From Octopus sinensis (lineage: Eukaryota): a stretch of 64,000 nucleotides of DNA. The notes under the pieces were generated by a model. It was not told the origin of the DNA and made no database searches. It saw only the letters and a list, made by a program, of their open reading frames with translations. The stretch spans positions 16,182,001 through 16,246,000 of the forward strand of contig NC_043006.1 in the NCBI RefSeq assembly GCF_006345805.1, in the 5' to 3' direction. A program made the translations under genes and the position numbers. This document shows positions 14,531 through 25,250 of this stretch, piece by piece (the first letter of the stretch is position 1; every line of letters begins with the position of its first letter).

Positions 14531-15249
14531 GCTATGGAACTTTTTAGTGTCCATCTCGTTTTTCCTTGAGTTAAAAAAAATGAAGTATTGCTTTTGGATA
14601 TGTTTAAAATATATTTTGCTTTTTGTCAGTTTTCCTTTACTCACGAAACAATATGGTTTCTTCGTCTGGTATAGAGGTAAGAAGTTTTAACAATAAAGCT
14701 GGTTGCAATGTGTACATCCCCCAAGGAAAGAAAACTTGTCGAAAATACTAATACGGAATTTAATAAAGATAAACAGAAAAAAATAACGAACAATTAACAA
14801 ATACCGCAAGCAGACACATTAAACATTTAAACTTTTATAAAAGAATATTATTTATAGAGCTAATAGCAATAATATTAGCTTTTTTAGCATTACTAGCTGA
14901 AGAGAGTGATTTGAGAGATATGAGAGCGCGAAGGGTTTTTTACGAAGAATAATAATACGTAATTGCCTCTAGAATATATCGAGGAGCTAATGTTTGGAAG
15001 AGTGGCTGTCCATAAAAGAAAGGGGGCTTCTTTATGCCAACGAAACGACTAAAGGTAGCCCTGGTCTGATGTGTGGAACAATAACACTCATCCATCGGCA
15101 GATGCAGAGACTAAGGAACAGGCCATTCACAACCTTATTCAAAACTAAGAATACGTCACAAAGCAGGCTGAAGTGGGTGTCACGTACGTTCCCAGAAGCT
15201 CGTGCTGCAATACAATATTTGGAGGGCGGAACAAAACGGATGAGTACCT

Positions 15250-15420
15250 AGCGCACCTTCGATTTTGCTCTCAGCCTCGACAGACTAAACATTTTGTCAC
15301 TTGATCTGGTGCGGAGGTAAACACCATCAGTTGATGTCCCAAATGCATGCTTCAGCATAACTGCAAAGGAGATGCCAAATGGGGTGGCGGCAAGCACACA
15401 GCCCTTTTTCCCGTTGCTGC
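15250..15420 (-). mobile_element. RTE-clade LINE reverse transcriptase fragment
   Basis: NGKKGCVLAATPFGISFAVMLKHAFGTSTDGVYLRTRSSDKMFSLSRLRAKSKVR resembles RTE GVKQGCVLAPTLF...GKLFNLSRLRAKTKV. Confidence 0.85.
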
Positions 15421-15505
<85 letters not shown>

Positions 15506-15592
15506 AAGGGTGGAAAGGAACACACGAGTTGATATATATGAAAAAACAAGTCAAAAATAGAAAATGCTAAGATAATTTTATAGTGAATCTTT

Positions 15593-15630
15593 CAGTACCG
15601 GTTTCGGTCATTTTGAGACCTTTTCAACTG
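15593..15630 (-). ncRNA. Minimal type I hammerhead ribozyme, U3-A8 variant (inverted copy)
   Basis: Reverse complement of 16791-16828. Confidence 0.65.
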
Positions 15631-15738
15631 TAACGATTAAATAATTAAATTTAGAAAAATTAGAAGAAAAGTTTTTTAAAAGAATATTTCTATAGTAGTG
15701 TTCAGATATAAGTAGCATTCTGCCTTTCTCTGACTCCC

Positions 15739-16152
15739 TTGTTTGCACTTGTTTGCAATTGCGGGATATGCGACTATCTAATTGAGGGATCAGAGTTCTC
15801 CTTCAAACAGGGACAACGGTTTACAGTGAAAAGCAACTTCACATGTGCTTCGGAGAACCTAATATACTCACTAACCTGCTCCGGGTGTCAAGAGCAGTAC
15901 ATAGGCCAAACAAAAAATGGTTTGCGTAAACGAATGGCCCTGCACAGATCCCAGATAAAAATTCCCCAAAACAGAAAAATAGCTTTTAGCCAACACATAG
16001 ATACTTGCGCCAACAAAAAAACACCAAACTTCAGGATTTTCCCCCTCTACCAATTTAGGGACGATACAACCTCGAGACAACGAATAAGTAAAGAAAATCT
16101 CTTTATTACAAAATACAGGCCACTTCTTAACGGGTCTACGACAAACAATTAA
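15739..16152 (+). CDS. GIY-YIG endonuclease domain of PLE (C-terminal fragment; coding portion begins at the inversion junction near 15753)
   Basis: CGICDY...FTCASENLIYSLTCSGCQEQYIGQTKNGLRKRMALHRSQI...FSQH...RISKENLFI...LN: LIY-YIG motif, catalytic R and E, upstream Cys linker. Confidence 0.9.
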   Translation: MFALVCNCGICDYLIEGSEFSFKQGQRFTVKSNFTCASENLIYSLTCSGCQEQYIGQTKNGLRKRMALHRSQIKIPQNRKIAFSQHIDTCANKKTPNFRIFPLYQFRDDTTSRQRISKENLFITKYRPLLNGSTTNN

Positions 16153-16790
16153 TATACCTCAACTTTAGAATAAAAGAAATATATACACACACAAATATTA
16201 CACTCCATAGAATCCATTACTAATCAGCCCCATCACAGCTATACTTTCACCCATTCATATTCTCCCTTCTCTGTTTTTTCTTCTTCTTCCTCTTCTTCTT
16301 CATCATCATCATTATCATCATCATCGTCGTCATCATCATCACCACCATCATCACCATCATCTTCTCCTTCTCCTTCTTCTTCTTCTTCTTCTTCTTCTTC
16401 ATCATCATCATCATCATCAACATCGTCATCTTCTTCTTCTTCTTCTACTTCTCCACCTTCTACCCCTTAACCTTATCACTAATGTCTTTCAGTATAACGC
16501 CTACGCAAATTCCATAAACAATTCCTGAATTGAACTGCGACTGCTGTCAGCCACTGACCATTCAAAATACGACCATCAAGGCATTCCCAGATTTCCCCAC
16601 CCCCTCTCCACATCAGCCTCCTTATTCTTCACCTACCCTACCAAGAACTCACAACGACCTCGAACACACAAGTGCAAACAAGGGAGTCAGAGAAAGGCAG
16701 AATGCTACTTATATCTGAACACTACTATAGAAATATTCTTTTAAAAAAACTTTTCTTCTAATTTTTCTAAATTTAATTATTTAATCGTTA

Positions 16791-16828
16791 CAGTTGAAAA
16801 GGTCTCAAAATGACCGAAACCGGTACTG
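16791..16828 (+). ncRNA. Minimal type I hammerhead ribozyme, U3-A8 variant
   Basis: CAG-UUGAAAA-GGUC(ucaaaau)GACC-GAAA-CCGGU-A-CUG: stem I CAG/CUG, stem II GGUC/GACC, palindromic stem III ACCGGU, GUA cleavage triplet; lies in a PLE terminal repeat. Confidence 0.7.
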
Positions 16829-16877
16829 AAAGATTCACTATAAAATTATCTTAGCATTTTCTATTTTTGACTTGTTT

Positions 16878-16914
<37 letters not shown>

Positions 16915-16921
<7 letters not shown>

Positions 16922-17116
16922 TAAAAAAGGAGATGTGGAACACGAGTTGTGATATATAAAAAAAGGAAATGAAGAAAATGCTGACAAAATAATTTAAGTA
17001 AAGGAGAGTGTATTTAATTAGGTGAAAGTTCTTTTTACCGGTTGCGCATTTGTTATGCTTATCAAAAGATATTTTTTTAAGAGAGATAGAATTCCTTTCT
17101 GATAGATTTTTTTTCT

Positions 17117-17120
<4 letters not shown>
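16915..17120 (-). mobile_element. Solo PLE terminal fragment of a related subfamily, between (TA)n tracts, with hammerhead-like motif
   Basis: GAACACGAGTTG..ATATA..AAAA..GAAAATGCT..ATAATTT parallels 15517-15578; minus-strand UUGAUAA-GCAU..AUGC-GCAA-CCGGU-A at about 17031-17068. Confidence 0.6.
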
Positions 17121-17150
<30 letters not shown>

Positions 17151-17289
17151 GCATAAATACATGCACACAAGTTTTGATATCTCTTTGACAAGTTTTTTTT
17201 CTATTGATTGTGTGAGCCCTGTGATCAATAAAGAAAGGATTATTATTATCATCATTGTTATTGACTGTTAGCTTCTTTGAAAGTATTTT

Positions 17290-17850
17290 CACATTACACG
17301 TAGGGAATCTTGATTTTACTGGATAAAAGGTAAAATCGGCTTCACCGAGATTTGAACTCAGAAGATAGGAAGTTTGAAAGAACATACCGTGAGGCATTTT
17401 GTTCAATGTTCTAATGACTCTGCCAGCCCATTACTTAGAATTTATACAAAATAATTTTTTCTAATATCGGCCGGGATCTACAGTCTGGGGGATAGGGTAG
17501 TCGGTAAAATCGATCCCAGTAATAGACTAGTACTTTTTTTCGACTCCAGAAAGATAAAAGGCAAAGTTGACCTCTGCAAGATTTGAACGCAGCACGAAAA
17601 AATCCCGGGCATATACTGCATGGTACTTTGTCGGATGCTCTAACGATTCGACCTATTCACTGCTCTTTATATATAAGTTTACTAACTCAGACACAAGGCC
17701 AGCGAAATTGAGGGAAGGTTGTCAGTTGATTACATCGGCATCACAGCTAGACTACTATTTTATTTTATCGACTCTGTGGAGATGAAAGACAAAGTTGGCC
17801 TCTGCGAGATTTGAACCCAGAACGTAAAACGTCATTTTGTCCGACGCTCT
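17290..17850 (-). mobile_element. Cluster of about three old family B-related SINE fragments
   Basis: Repeated AAAGGCAAAGTTGACCTC..GATTTGAAC motifs at about 17325, 17555 and 17785. Confidence 0.65.
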
Positions 17851-18109
17851 AATGACACATTTTAAACGCAAGTAACTACGACTAGAGCAAGCACGACCGA
17901 GTACTCATAGCCTTGTAAATTACAAATGAAATGTATCCTTTGATTATGCGACACTATGACTTAAATAAAACAAAACAGTTACATTTGTAACTATAGATGT
18001 CAATATTCTTGTCAATAAAAACTTCACTGATAATAATTATCAAATAGCACTAAGGGAACTGCAACCTATTTTTCCTTTGCAAATATCTAAATTTTAGCAA
18101 TCGCTATAG

Positions 18110-18518
18110 GGATCTTTTCGGTTTGAATGGCAGTTTTTAACATAATTTCTAGGTAACTAAAAAATTTTAAACTTCGTATACTGGTAGAATGTGTTTATAA
18201 AACATCTTTTTCTCTTGGCTTTATTGAGAAAATTCTATAGTTTGTAAGATATTTGTTGTTGTTTTCTTCAATTTCTGCAATTTCAACCAATCACTGACGT
18301 CCATTGAGATGAAAACATTCTGTGCTGTATGAATATGTCCCTAGTTTAAGAAACAGATTGGGTTTATTTACATTTGTAAAGAAAAGAAGATACCCTTCCC
18401 TTCACCCCTAACCCTAAAACTGATTGAAATGCAATAGATCGATACTAGGGTCATAATTATGGGTGACAATTTCATATGACACCGCTAGAAAAAACTGCCG
18501 TTCAAACCGAAAAGATCC
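18110..18518 (-). mobile_element. Non-autonomous TIR element (Merlin-like MITE) with internal telomeric-type repeat
   Basis: TIRs GGATCTTTTCGGTTTGAA(T/C)GGCAGTTTTT and AAAAACTGCCGTTCAAACCGAAAAGATCC; CCCTAACCCTAA near 18406; homologous to 31372, 39854 and 41898. Confidence 0.9.
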
Positions 18519-19129
18519 TAATTATCAACTAGCACTAAGGGAACAGCAACCTATTTTTCTTTTGCGAATATCTAAATTTTAGCAATCGCTATTGTAATAC
18601 ACACCGAGCTGAATAAAATAATCTTTGTGACAAACTTTTCTAAGTTACAGACTGTAGATGTACTTCTGAGATGAATGAAATTTATTGTGCTATTGTTAGC
18701 CAAATCTTTCCAAGTCTCCTTAGCAGTTCGATAAATTTTTCACAATGTATGACAGTATGATGCCTTGAAATCAATTCCAAAGTATTCTGCGAAACAAACA
18801 CAATAGATCTAAAGTTATACGCATTGAAATTTGGAATTTTACTTCGAATCTACAGTCTGCTACAGCGTTGAATAGTCGACATACACATACTGGGAAATGC
18901 ATACGTACATAGGAACATACGTGCATTCATTCATAAATATATACGTACATTTAGTTTAACAAACAAAAACAAAATTTGCGCATGCTGTGATATTAATTTC
19001 GCCACATAACTCTATTTAGTTTGTCACCAGGTAAGTTCAAAGAATTGAGTGAAGCAGCTTTTGTCTTGTCGATAGCTCAGTGTCTGCCGTGTCTGTAACG
19101 TTTTAGTAATATGTGCGTTTCAGTGTTTC

Positions 19130-19433
<304 letters not shown>

Positions 19434-19540
19434 TCCGCCGTATTTGTATGTCATTTAAAAAGTATATAGATATGTAGATAGACATATCTACGTTGGTATA
19501 TTTCATGACAGAAACTCAAGGAAACAGGAAATCAAAGCCC

Positions 19541-19595
<55 letters not shown>

Positions 19596-19615
19596 CATAC
19601 ATACATACATACATA

Positions 19616-20044
19616 CTACAAATGCCTAGACATTGATGAAAACATACATACGAAGGTTCTGTGAGCAAAGACAGAGGGACTCGAAAATATTATACTAGGC
19701 TTCGAAAAATATGGAAGTCGGAACTTACAAGACAATATCACACAATGTATTTGTAACACCCCTGTTGATTTGAACATTTGGGATACTTGACTGGTTTGTA
19801 GGGGAAATCCACTCCATAGACGTTAAAACCCACAAGATTCTGTCATAAACTTCCTCAGAGACAGTGATATCGAAGAGATGAAGGAGACAGAGGTTTGAGA
19901 TCAATACAGATATCATTCGAATTTCGTATCGTCTCTTTGAAACAGCACTTGATAAATATCACCAACAAAATTAAATACATAAACTTAGTGCTGAAAATCG
20001 AAGAGAACAACATCCTGTGTCGGCAGTGAGTTCCTCGGGAAGCA

Positions 20045-20137
<93 letters not shown>

Positions 20138-20560
20138 CCTGATAACCCTAAAACAGCTGGACAAACATACCTCAATAAAGACCTGGATGTAAAACGCTCA
20201 TCGTACCAAAAAAATGAAAAGACTACAAGGGTTTCCCGAAGACTTAAAGAAGACAGTAATATCAACGTGAAGTGCAGCCCTTCGCACTCGTAACTGTTGC
20301 ATCACACTTTGAAGGTTATGCATTCGAAATCCAAGAACAAAAGACTGCTACGAAATACCTAATAAACAAAAGGGGCAGTGAAATTTCTGAAGCTCCACTA
20401 TGCAATCGAAAATGTAGATTATGAAATATTTTCGCGGAAGACATCACACATGTGATTAGCAGCTGCCCAAAAATGTCATCAAGGTACTACCTCCCTATAC
20501 AACGTTGTTGCAAAAGCAATACACAATGCCGTTCGAAAAGTTAGACTGCCTTGAAATGAA
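19616..20560 (+). mobile_element. R4/Dong-like (RLE-type) non-LTR retrotransposon remnant
   Basis: SHFEGYAFEIQEQKTATKYLINK and EDITHVISSCPKMSSRYY, then (frameshift) NVVAKAIHN, matching the zinc-knuckle region of R4-clade ORFs; preceded by (CATA)n; (CT)n inside. 5' boundary uncertain. Confidence 0.7.
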
Positions 20561-20748
20561 AAGAGAATCCCCCCTGTTGTTGAATACGTACAGCACATTG
20601 AATACTGATTGAACATTCTCATCAAAACAACTGTCAAGTGTGAACATAATAGTTAATTTGTATCTCCATTTTATATCATTAATTTCATACAACTTATCCA
20701 GTCGTTGCTGAACAGTTTATTCTTTATTTTCATAGGTAACATATAAAC

Positions 20749-21002
20749 GTGGAGGTGCGTGGCTAAGTGGTTAGGGTGTCAGCATCATGATCGTAAGATT
20801 GTGGTTTTGATTCCTGGACCGGGTGACGCATTGTGTTCTTGAGCAAAACACTTCATTCCACGTTGCTCCAGTCCACTCAGCTGGCAAAAATGAGTAACGC
20901 TGCGATGGACTGGCATCCCATCCAGCTGGGGAACACATACGCCATAGAAACCGGGAAACCGTGCACATGGGCCTGGCTCGGCTTTAAAAAGGCAACAAAA
21001 AA
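20749..21002 (+). mobile_element. tRNA-derived SINE family D
   Basis: GTGGAGGTGCGTGGCTAAGTGGTTAG head; 11-bp TSD AACATATAAAC at 20738-20748 and 21003-21013. Confidence 0.85.
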
Positions 21003-21029
21003 AACATATAAACATTAATTGTTTATTCT

Positions 21030-22500
21030 TTATTTTACAGTTTTGATGATGAGTGGTGAAAAAATTGCAATTAGTTCCACTTGAGACTACCAGAGAAAGA
21101 GTGAGACTACTGAGTGCAAGAGCATCTGTAAAAGAAATTAATGATATGAAAGGCAGGCGCAGGAGCTGTCAATGAACATGTGACACTAAGCTGGTTCAGA
21201 TGTTTCAAGGAAGGTAGCACCAACCTCGAAGACAAACTACGTTCCTTGAAATCTTCTGTTGAAAAAGATGAGGTTTTGTTTGAAATGGTTGAACAACTAA
21301 ATACAAGCATTCGTACGATGCCGTTGACAGCTTTATAAGTTCGGCCTTGTGAATAGATGCTGTCGAAAAGTCCCTTATGAACTGACCAATGGATGGAAGC
21401 ACTCCGTCGGTTACGACGACGAGGGTTCCGGTTGATCCGATCAACGGAACAGCCTGCTCGTGAAATTAACGTGTAAGTGGCTGAGCACTCCACAGACACG
21501 TGTACCCTTAACGTAGTTCTCGGGGATATTCAGCGTGACACAGAGAGTGACAAGGCCGGCCCTTTGAAATACAGGTACAACAGAAGCAGGAAGTAAGAGT
21601 GAGAGAAAGTTGTGGTGAAAGAGTACAGCAGGGATCACCACCATCCCTGCCGGAGCCTCGTGGAGCTTTAGGTGTTTTCGCTCAATAAACACTCACAACA
21701 CCCGGTCTGGGAATCGAAACCGCGATACTACGACCGCGAGTCCGCTGCCCTAACCACTGGGCCATTGCGCCTCCACACTGACCAATGACCAGACTCAGCA
21801 ATGCGTGAATATTTGCAAACAATTACTGGCAAATCCTCCAGATGCCCGTTTTCGTCGTCGAATTGTAACTGAGGATGAAAAATGGATCTACTTTCGTAAT
21901 CCTAATAAGAAAAATCAGCAGATTTGTTCCAGCCAGGCTTCAGAACCAATTTTCAAACAAGGGTGGTTTGAACTGACGGTCATTTTGAGTGTTTGGCGAA
22001 ATTTATAGGGAGTGTTGCACTTTGATCTTGTCCCAGATGGTCATGCTGTGAACGCTAACTTTTATGCTCAACAGTAGCTGCTACTCAATATTGGACAGTC
22101 AAAGACTCACAATCCTACAGCTAGACAATGACCAACACACACTGCAAGCGCAATCTTCCGGAACTTGAGGGGCTGAAGGTGCTGCCTCGCCTTGCTTACA
22201 ATCCAAACCTTGCACTATCAGATTACCACCTCTTTCCCAGCAATAGCTCATTTCCTGTACAAACGGAAGTCAACGATTTGGAAGAGGCTGAAAACGAATG
22301 CTGAGAGTTTTTTTTTTTTTGCCTCTGAACCAGCCGAATACTATGAGTGTGGAATTGAGCTTCTGACACAGCCATGGCAACAGACAATAGACTATGATAG
22401 GCTATATCTTCATGAATAAACGTTTATCGTATGTAATTTGTTTGGGCTCTTAGTTGAAGCTTGAAATATAAAAAAAAAAAAACATTTCATTCAACCCGGT
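21030..22500 (+). mobile_element. Mariner transposase remnant interrupted by a SINE
   Basis: WFRCFKEGSTNLEDK, KVPYELTNDQ (WVPHEL motif, split by the SINE), RRIVTEDEKWIYFRNP, AYNPNLALSDYHLF, GIELLTQPWQQTIDYD. Confidence 0.9.
21392..21776 (-). mobile_element. tRNA-derived SINE family C, full length
   Basis: Near-identical to 42909 and 60387; TSD ACTGACCAATG at 21381-21391 and 21777-21787. Confidence 0.95.
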
Positions 22501-22975
22501 ATACGTACGTAAGCATTGTTTCTGCTGGAAGTCTCTTTACTGACGGCTGTGGGTGTAAGACACTTGAAAGGAGAACAATTTGTAGATATTCGTTTTGAAA
22601 AACAAACTGATAAACTATGTTTAAGGAAAACTCTGAAAGATCTGAACAAGAAATATCTATCTGATTATCTACGTATATAGTCATATAAATATGTATGGAG
22701 AAGTGTCTGCATATATATTTTATATATGTACATACATATACATGTATATATTGTGGGGGTGGCGGTGGGCTTACGAACCGAGCTGATAGATTTAAAAGCA
22801 ATTGGAAACGTAGCGTTCAGACAAATTATGTTTTTGATATATTCAGGCGTATTACGATATGTAATATGATATCCCAAGTAGCAAGCTAATCTTAAAATAG
22901 CAATATTCTTAAGAAACTGTGAACAGAGAAAAAGAGACATAGTGTATATGCATGTGCAAATATGTGTATGCATGT

Positions 22976-23304
22976 ATGATAGGATACTAAAAAGTTCCTA
23001 GCTTTAAGGGTATCGCGAAAAGCCTGATTGGGGGCCAAGCTATTCGGGTTCTTTTACAGGGCTTCGGAAAACTGGAGGACGGCTGCAATACGTGTGTGAA
23101 TCTGAGAAAGAAATATGTTGAATAAATTAATAATTAACTGATAGGCGCAGGAGTGGCTCTGTAGTAAGTAGCTTGCTTACCAACCACATAGTTCCGGGTT
23201 CAGTCCCACTGCGTGGCACCTTGGGCAAGTGTCTTCTACTATAGCTTCAGGCCGACCAAAGCCTTGTGAGTGGATTTGGCAGAAAGAAGCCTGTCGTATA
23301 TATG

Positions 23305-23335
<31 letters not shown>

Positions 23336-23600
23336 GTTTGTGTGTCAGTGTTTGCTCCCCCAACATCGCTTGACAACCGATGCTGGTGTGTTTACGTCCC
23401 CGTGTCATAGCGGTTCGGCAGAAGAGACCGATAGAATAGTACTAGGCTTACAAAGAATAAGTCCTGGGGTTGATTTGCTCGACTAAAGGCGGTGCCCCAG
23501 CATGGCCACAGTCGAATGACTGAAACAAGTAAAAGAGTAAAAGAGTGATCCTCCTGTATTTTCTTTTAACCAAAGCGGAAACCTTTCAGCACCCCACCCT
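22976..23600 (+). mobile_element. Short internally deleted mariner (MITE-like) interrupted by SINE A
   Basis: Imperfect TIRs (GATACTAAAAAGTTCCTAGCTTT versus AAAGCGGAAACCTTTCAGCACCC); transposase C-terminus GLRKLEDGCNTCVNLRKKYVE*. Confidence 0.6.
23143..23545 (+). mobile_element. SINE family A, full length
   Basis: AGGCGCAGGAGTGGCT head, CCGGGTTCAGTCCC B-box, CACCTTGGGCAAGTGTCTTC CORE-like motif, (TAAAAGAG)2 tail. Confidence 0.95.
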
Positions 23601-24222
23601 GAATGTTTTTGTGTAAGTGTATATGTTTGTATGCTTGTGTGTATGGAGAAGTGGTCAGTATATAACATGCATCTCTTGAGATGACATGCTCAGTTGCAAA
23701 GTTGTGACAACCTGATTTTGAGTATGCGTGTAAACTACATCTGTTTGCTGAAACGAAATTGATGTCAATTATTATTATCTAATTATAAAGTCAAATATAT
23801 TAAATACATTAAACCGATTATATTTAATAGAAATTATAAGAAAATGAATACGAAGGAGAGTTTAGATAATGAAATATCAGATATCAGAAAGTCGATTCGT
23901 ATATTGTAAACAAAGCTCACCAACTAGGGTTAGAAGGCGTGCCTTAAATTATATTTTAATTTTGGTTTACAATGGTAAATAAAATAAAATCAATAATCGA
24001 ATAATTTGGTATGTTTATTGGTATTGGGTAAAACTGAATAACCTGTTAGCCTCAAAGTTGTTGAAAATAAGTAAGGGAAAAATTGAACCACTTTAACAGA
24101 AAATTAATGAAGCTTACTTAATCGAACAGTTGAAGAAAACTTTAGAGAAATATATATGTGCGTGTGTGTTAGTGTGTGTGTATAAATGTATGTATGTATG
24201 TGTAGGCGTAATATATATGTAT

Positions 24223-24277
<55 letters not shown>

Positions 24278-24326
24278 CCACTAGTTTTAATCGATTAATA
24301 TCAATTTCTATCCTTATTATTTAATC

Positions 24327-24398
<72 letters not shown>

Positions 24399-24780
24399 AA
24401 CGTACTACCTGCTGTCGCTCAAACTCTTCGGAAACCCGGGACCCTACCAAGTCGAGCGACGACGATCGACCGGCTCGATCGAACGGTGAATTCGCCACGG
24501 AACCCAGAGATTTGTGGGCCACAGGCATATGCAACTTATATAAAATGTGGGATTTTGGGGAGGGTCAAAATTGGTAACAAAAACAGGGCAGTAAAAACAA
24601 ACAGGAAGGGCTGCTAAGCCTAAATGAGGTGAGGTGGTGAACGCGTTGCAAAAAAAGTTCATATTCCATGTATCCAAATTTTGTATTCATGTTGTTTTCG
24701 TATTTTACATTGTTTACGCTCTGTAACGTCCTGTGCCAACATTTGTACCCTTTTCCAAGTAAGTTTTATCTCTTTACCCT

Positions 24781-25136
24781 CTCTTTTACTCTTTTACTTG
24801 TTTCAGTCATTTGACTGTGGCCATGCTGGAGCACTGCCTTTAGTCGAGCAAATCGACCCGTTGACTTATTCTTTGTAAGCCTAGTACTTATTCTATTGTT
24901 CTCTTTTGCCGAACCGCTAAGTTACGGGGACGTAAACACACCAGCATCGGTTGTCAGCGATGTTGGGGAGGACAAACACACACACGCATATATACATATA
25001 TACGACGGGCTTCTTTCAGTTTCCGTCTACCAAATCCACTCACAAGGCTTTGGTCGGCCCGAGGCTATAGTAGAAGACACTTGCCCAAGGTGCCACGTAG
25101 TGGGACTGAACCCGGATCCATGTGGTTGGTAAGCAA
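24781..25136 (-). mobile_element. SINE family A, lacking the extreme 5' end
   Basis: Reverse complement of the family A sequence. Confidence 0.95.
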
Positions 25137-25250
25137 CAGTGTCAACAACCATATCCAATTTACAATGGAATATAGTCAAGACCAACTTCCATTTCTAGAC
25201 GTTCTTATTATAAAAAATGCACCAACATTGAAATTGATATCCAATACAGA
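25134..25250 (+). mobile_element. Penelope-like RT fragment
   Basis: NSVNNHIQFTMEYSQDQLPFLDVLIIK matches the PLE RT motif IxFTxE....LPFLD. Confidence 0.8.

Larger units (their letters stand above)
15502..16888 (+). mobile_element. Penelope-like element (Neptune-type), 5'-truncated, inverted pseudo-LTR arrangement, inserted in (TA)n
   Basis: 221-bp inverted repeats at 15532-15752 and 16668-16888 (no mismatch seen by eye) enclose a GIY-YIG ORF; about 30 nt of extra sequence on the left arm; (TA)n on both flanks. Confidence 0.9.

Noticed and set aside
14169-14690. Long poly-I/V/L hydrophobic ORFs
   Set aside because: Translations of a (TTA)/(TTG) microsatellite, open in several frames.
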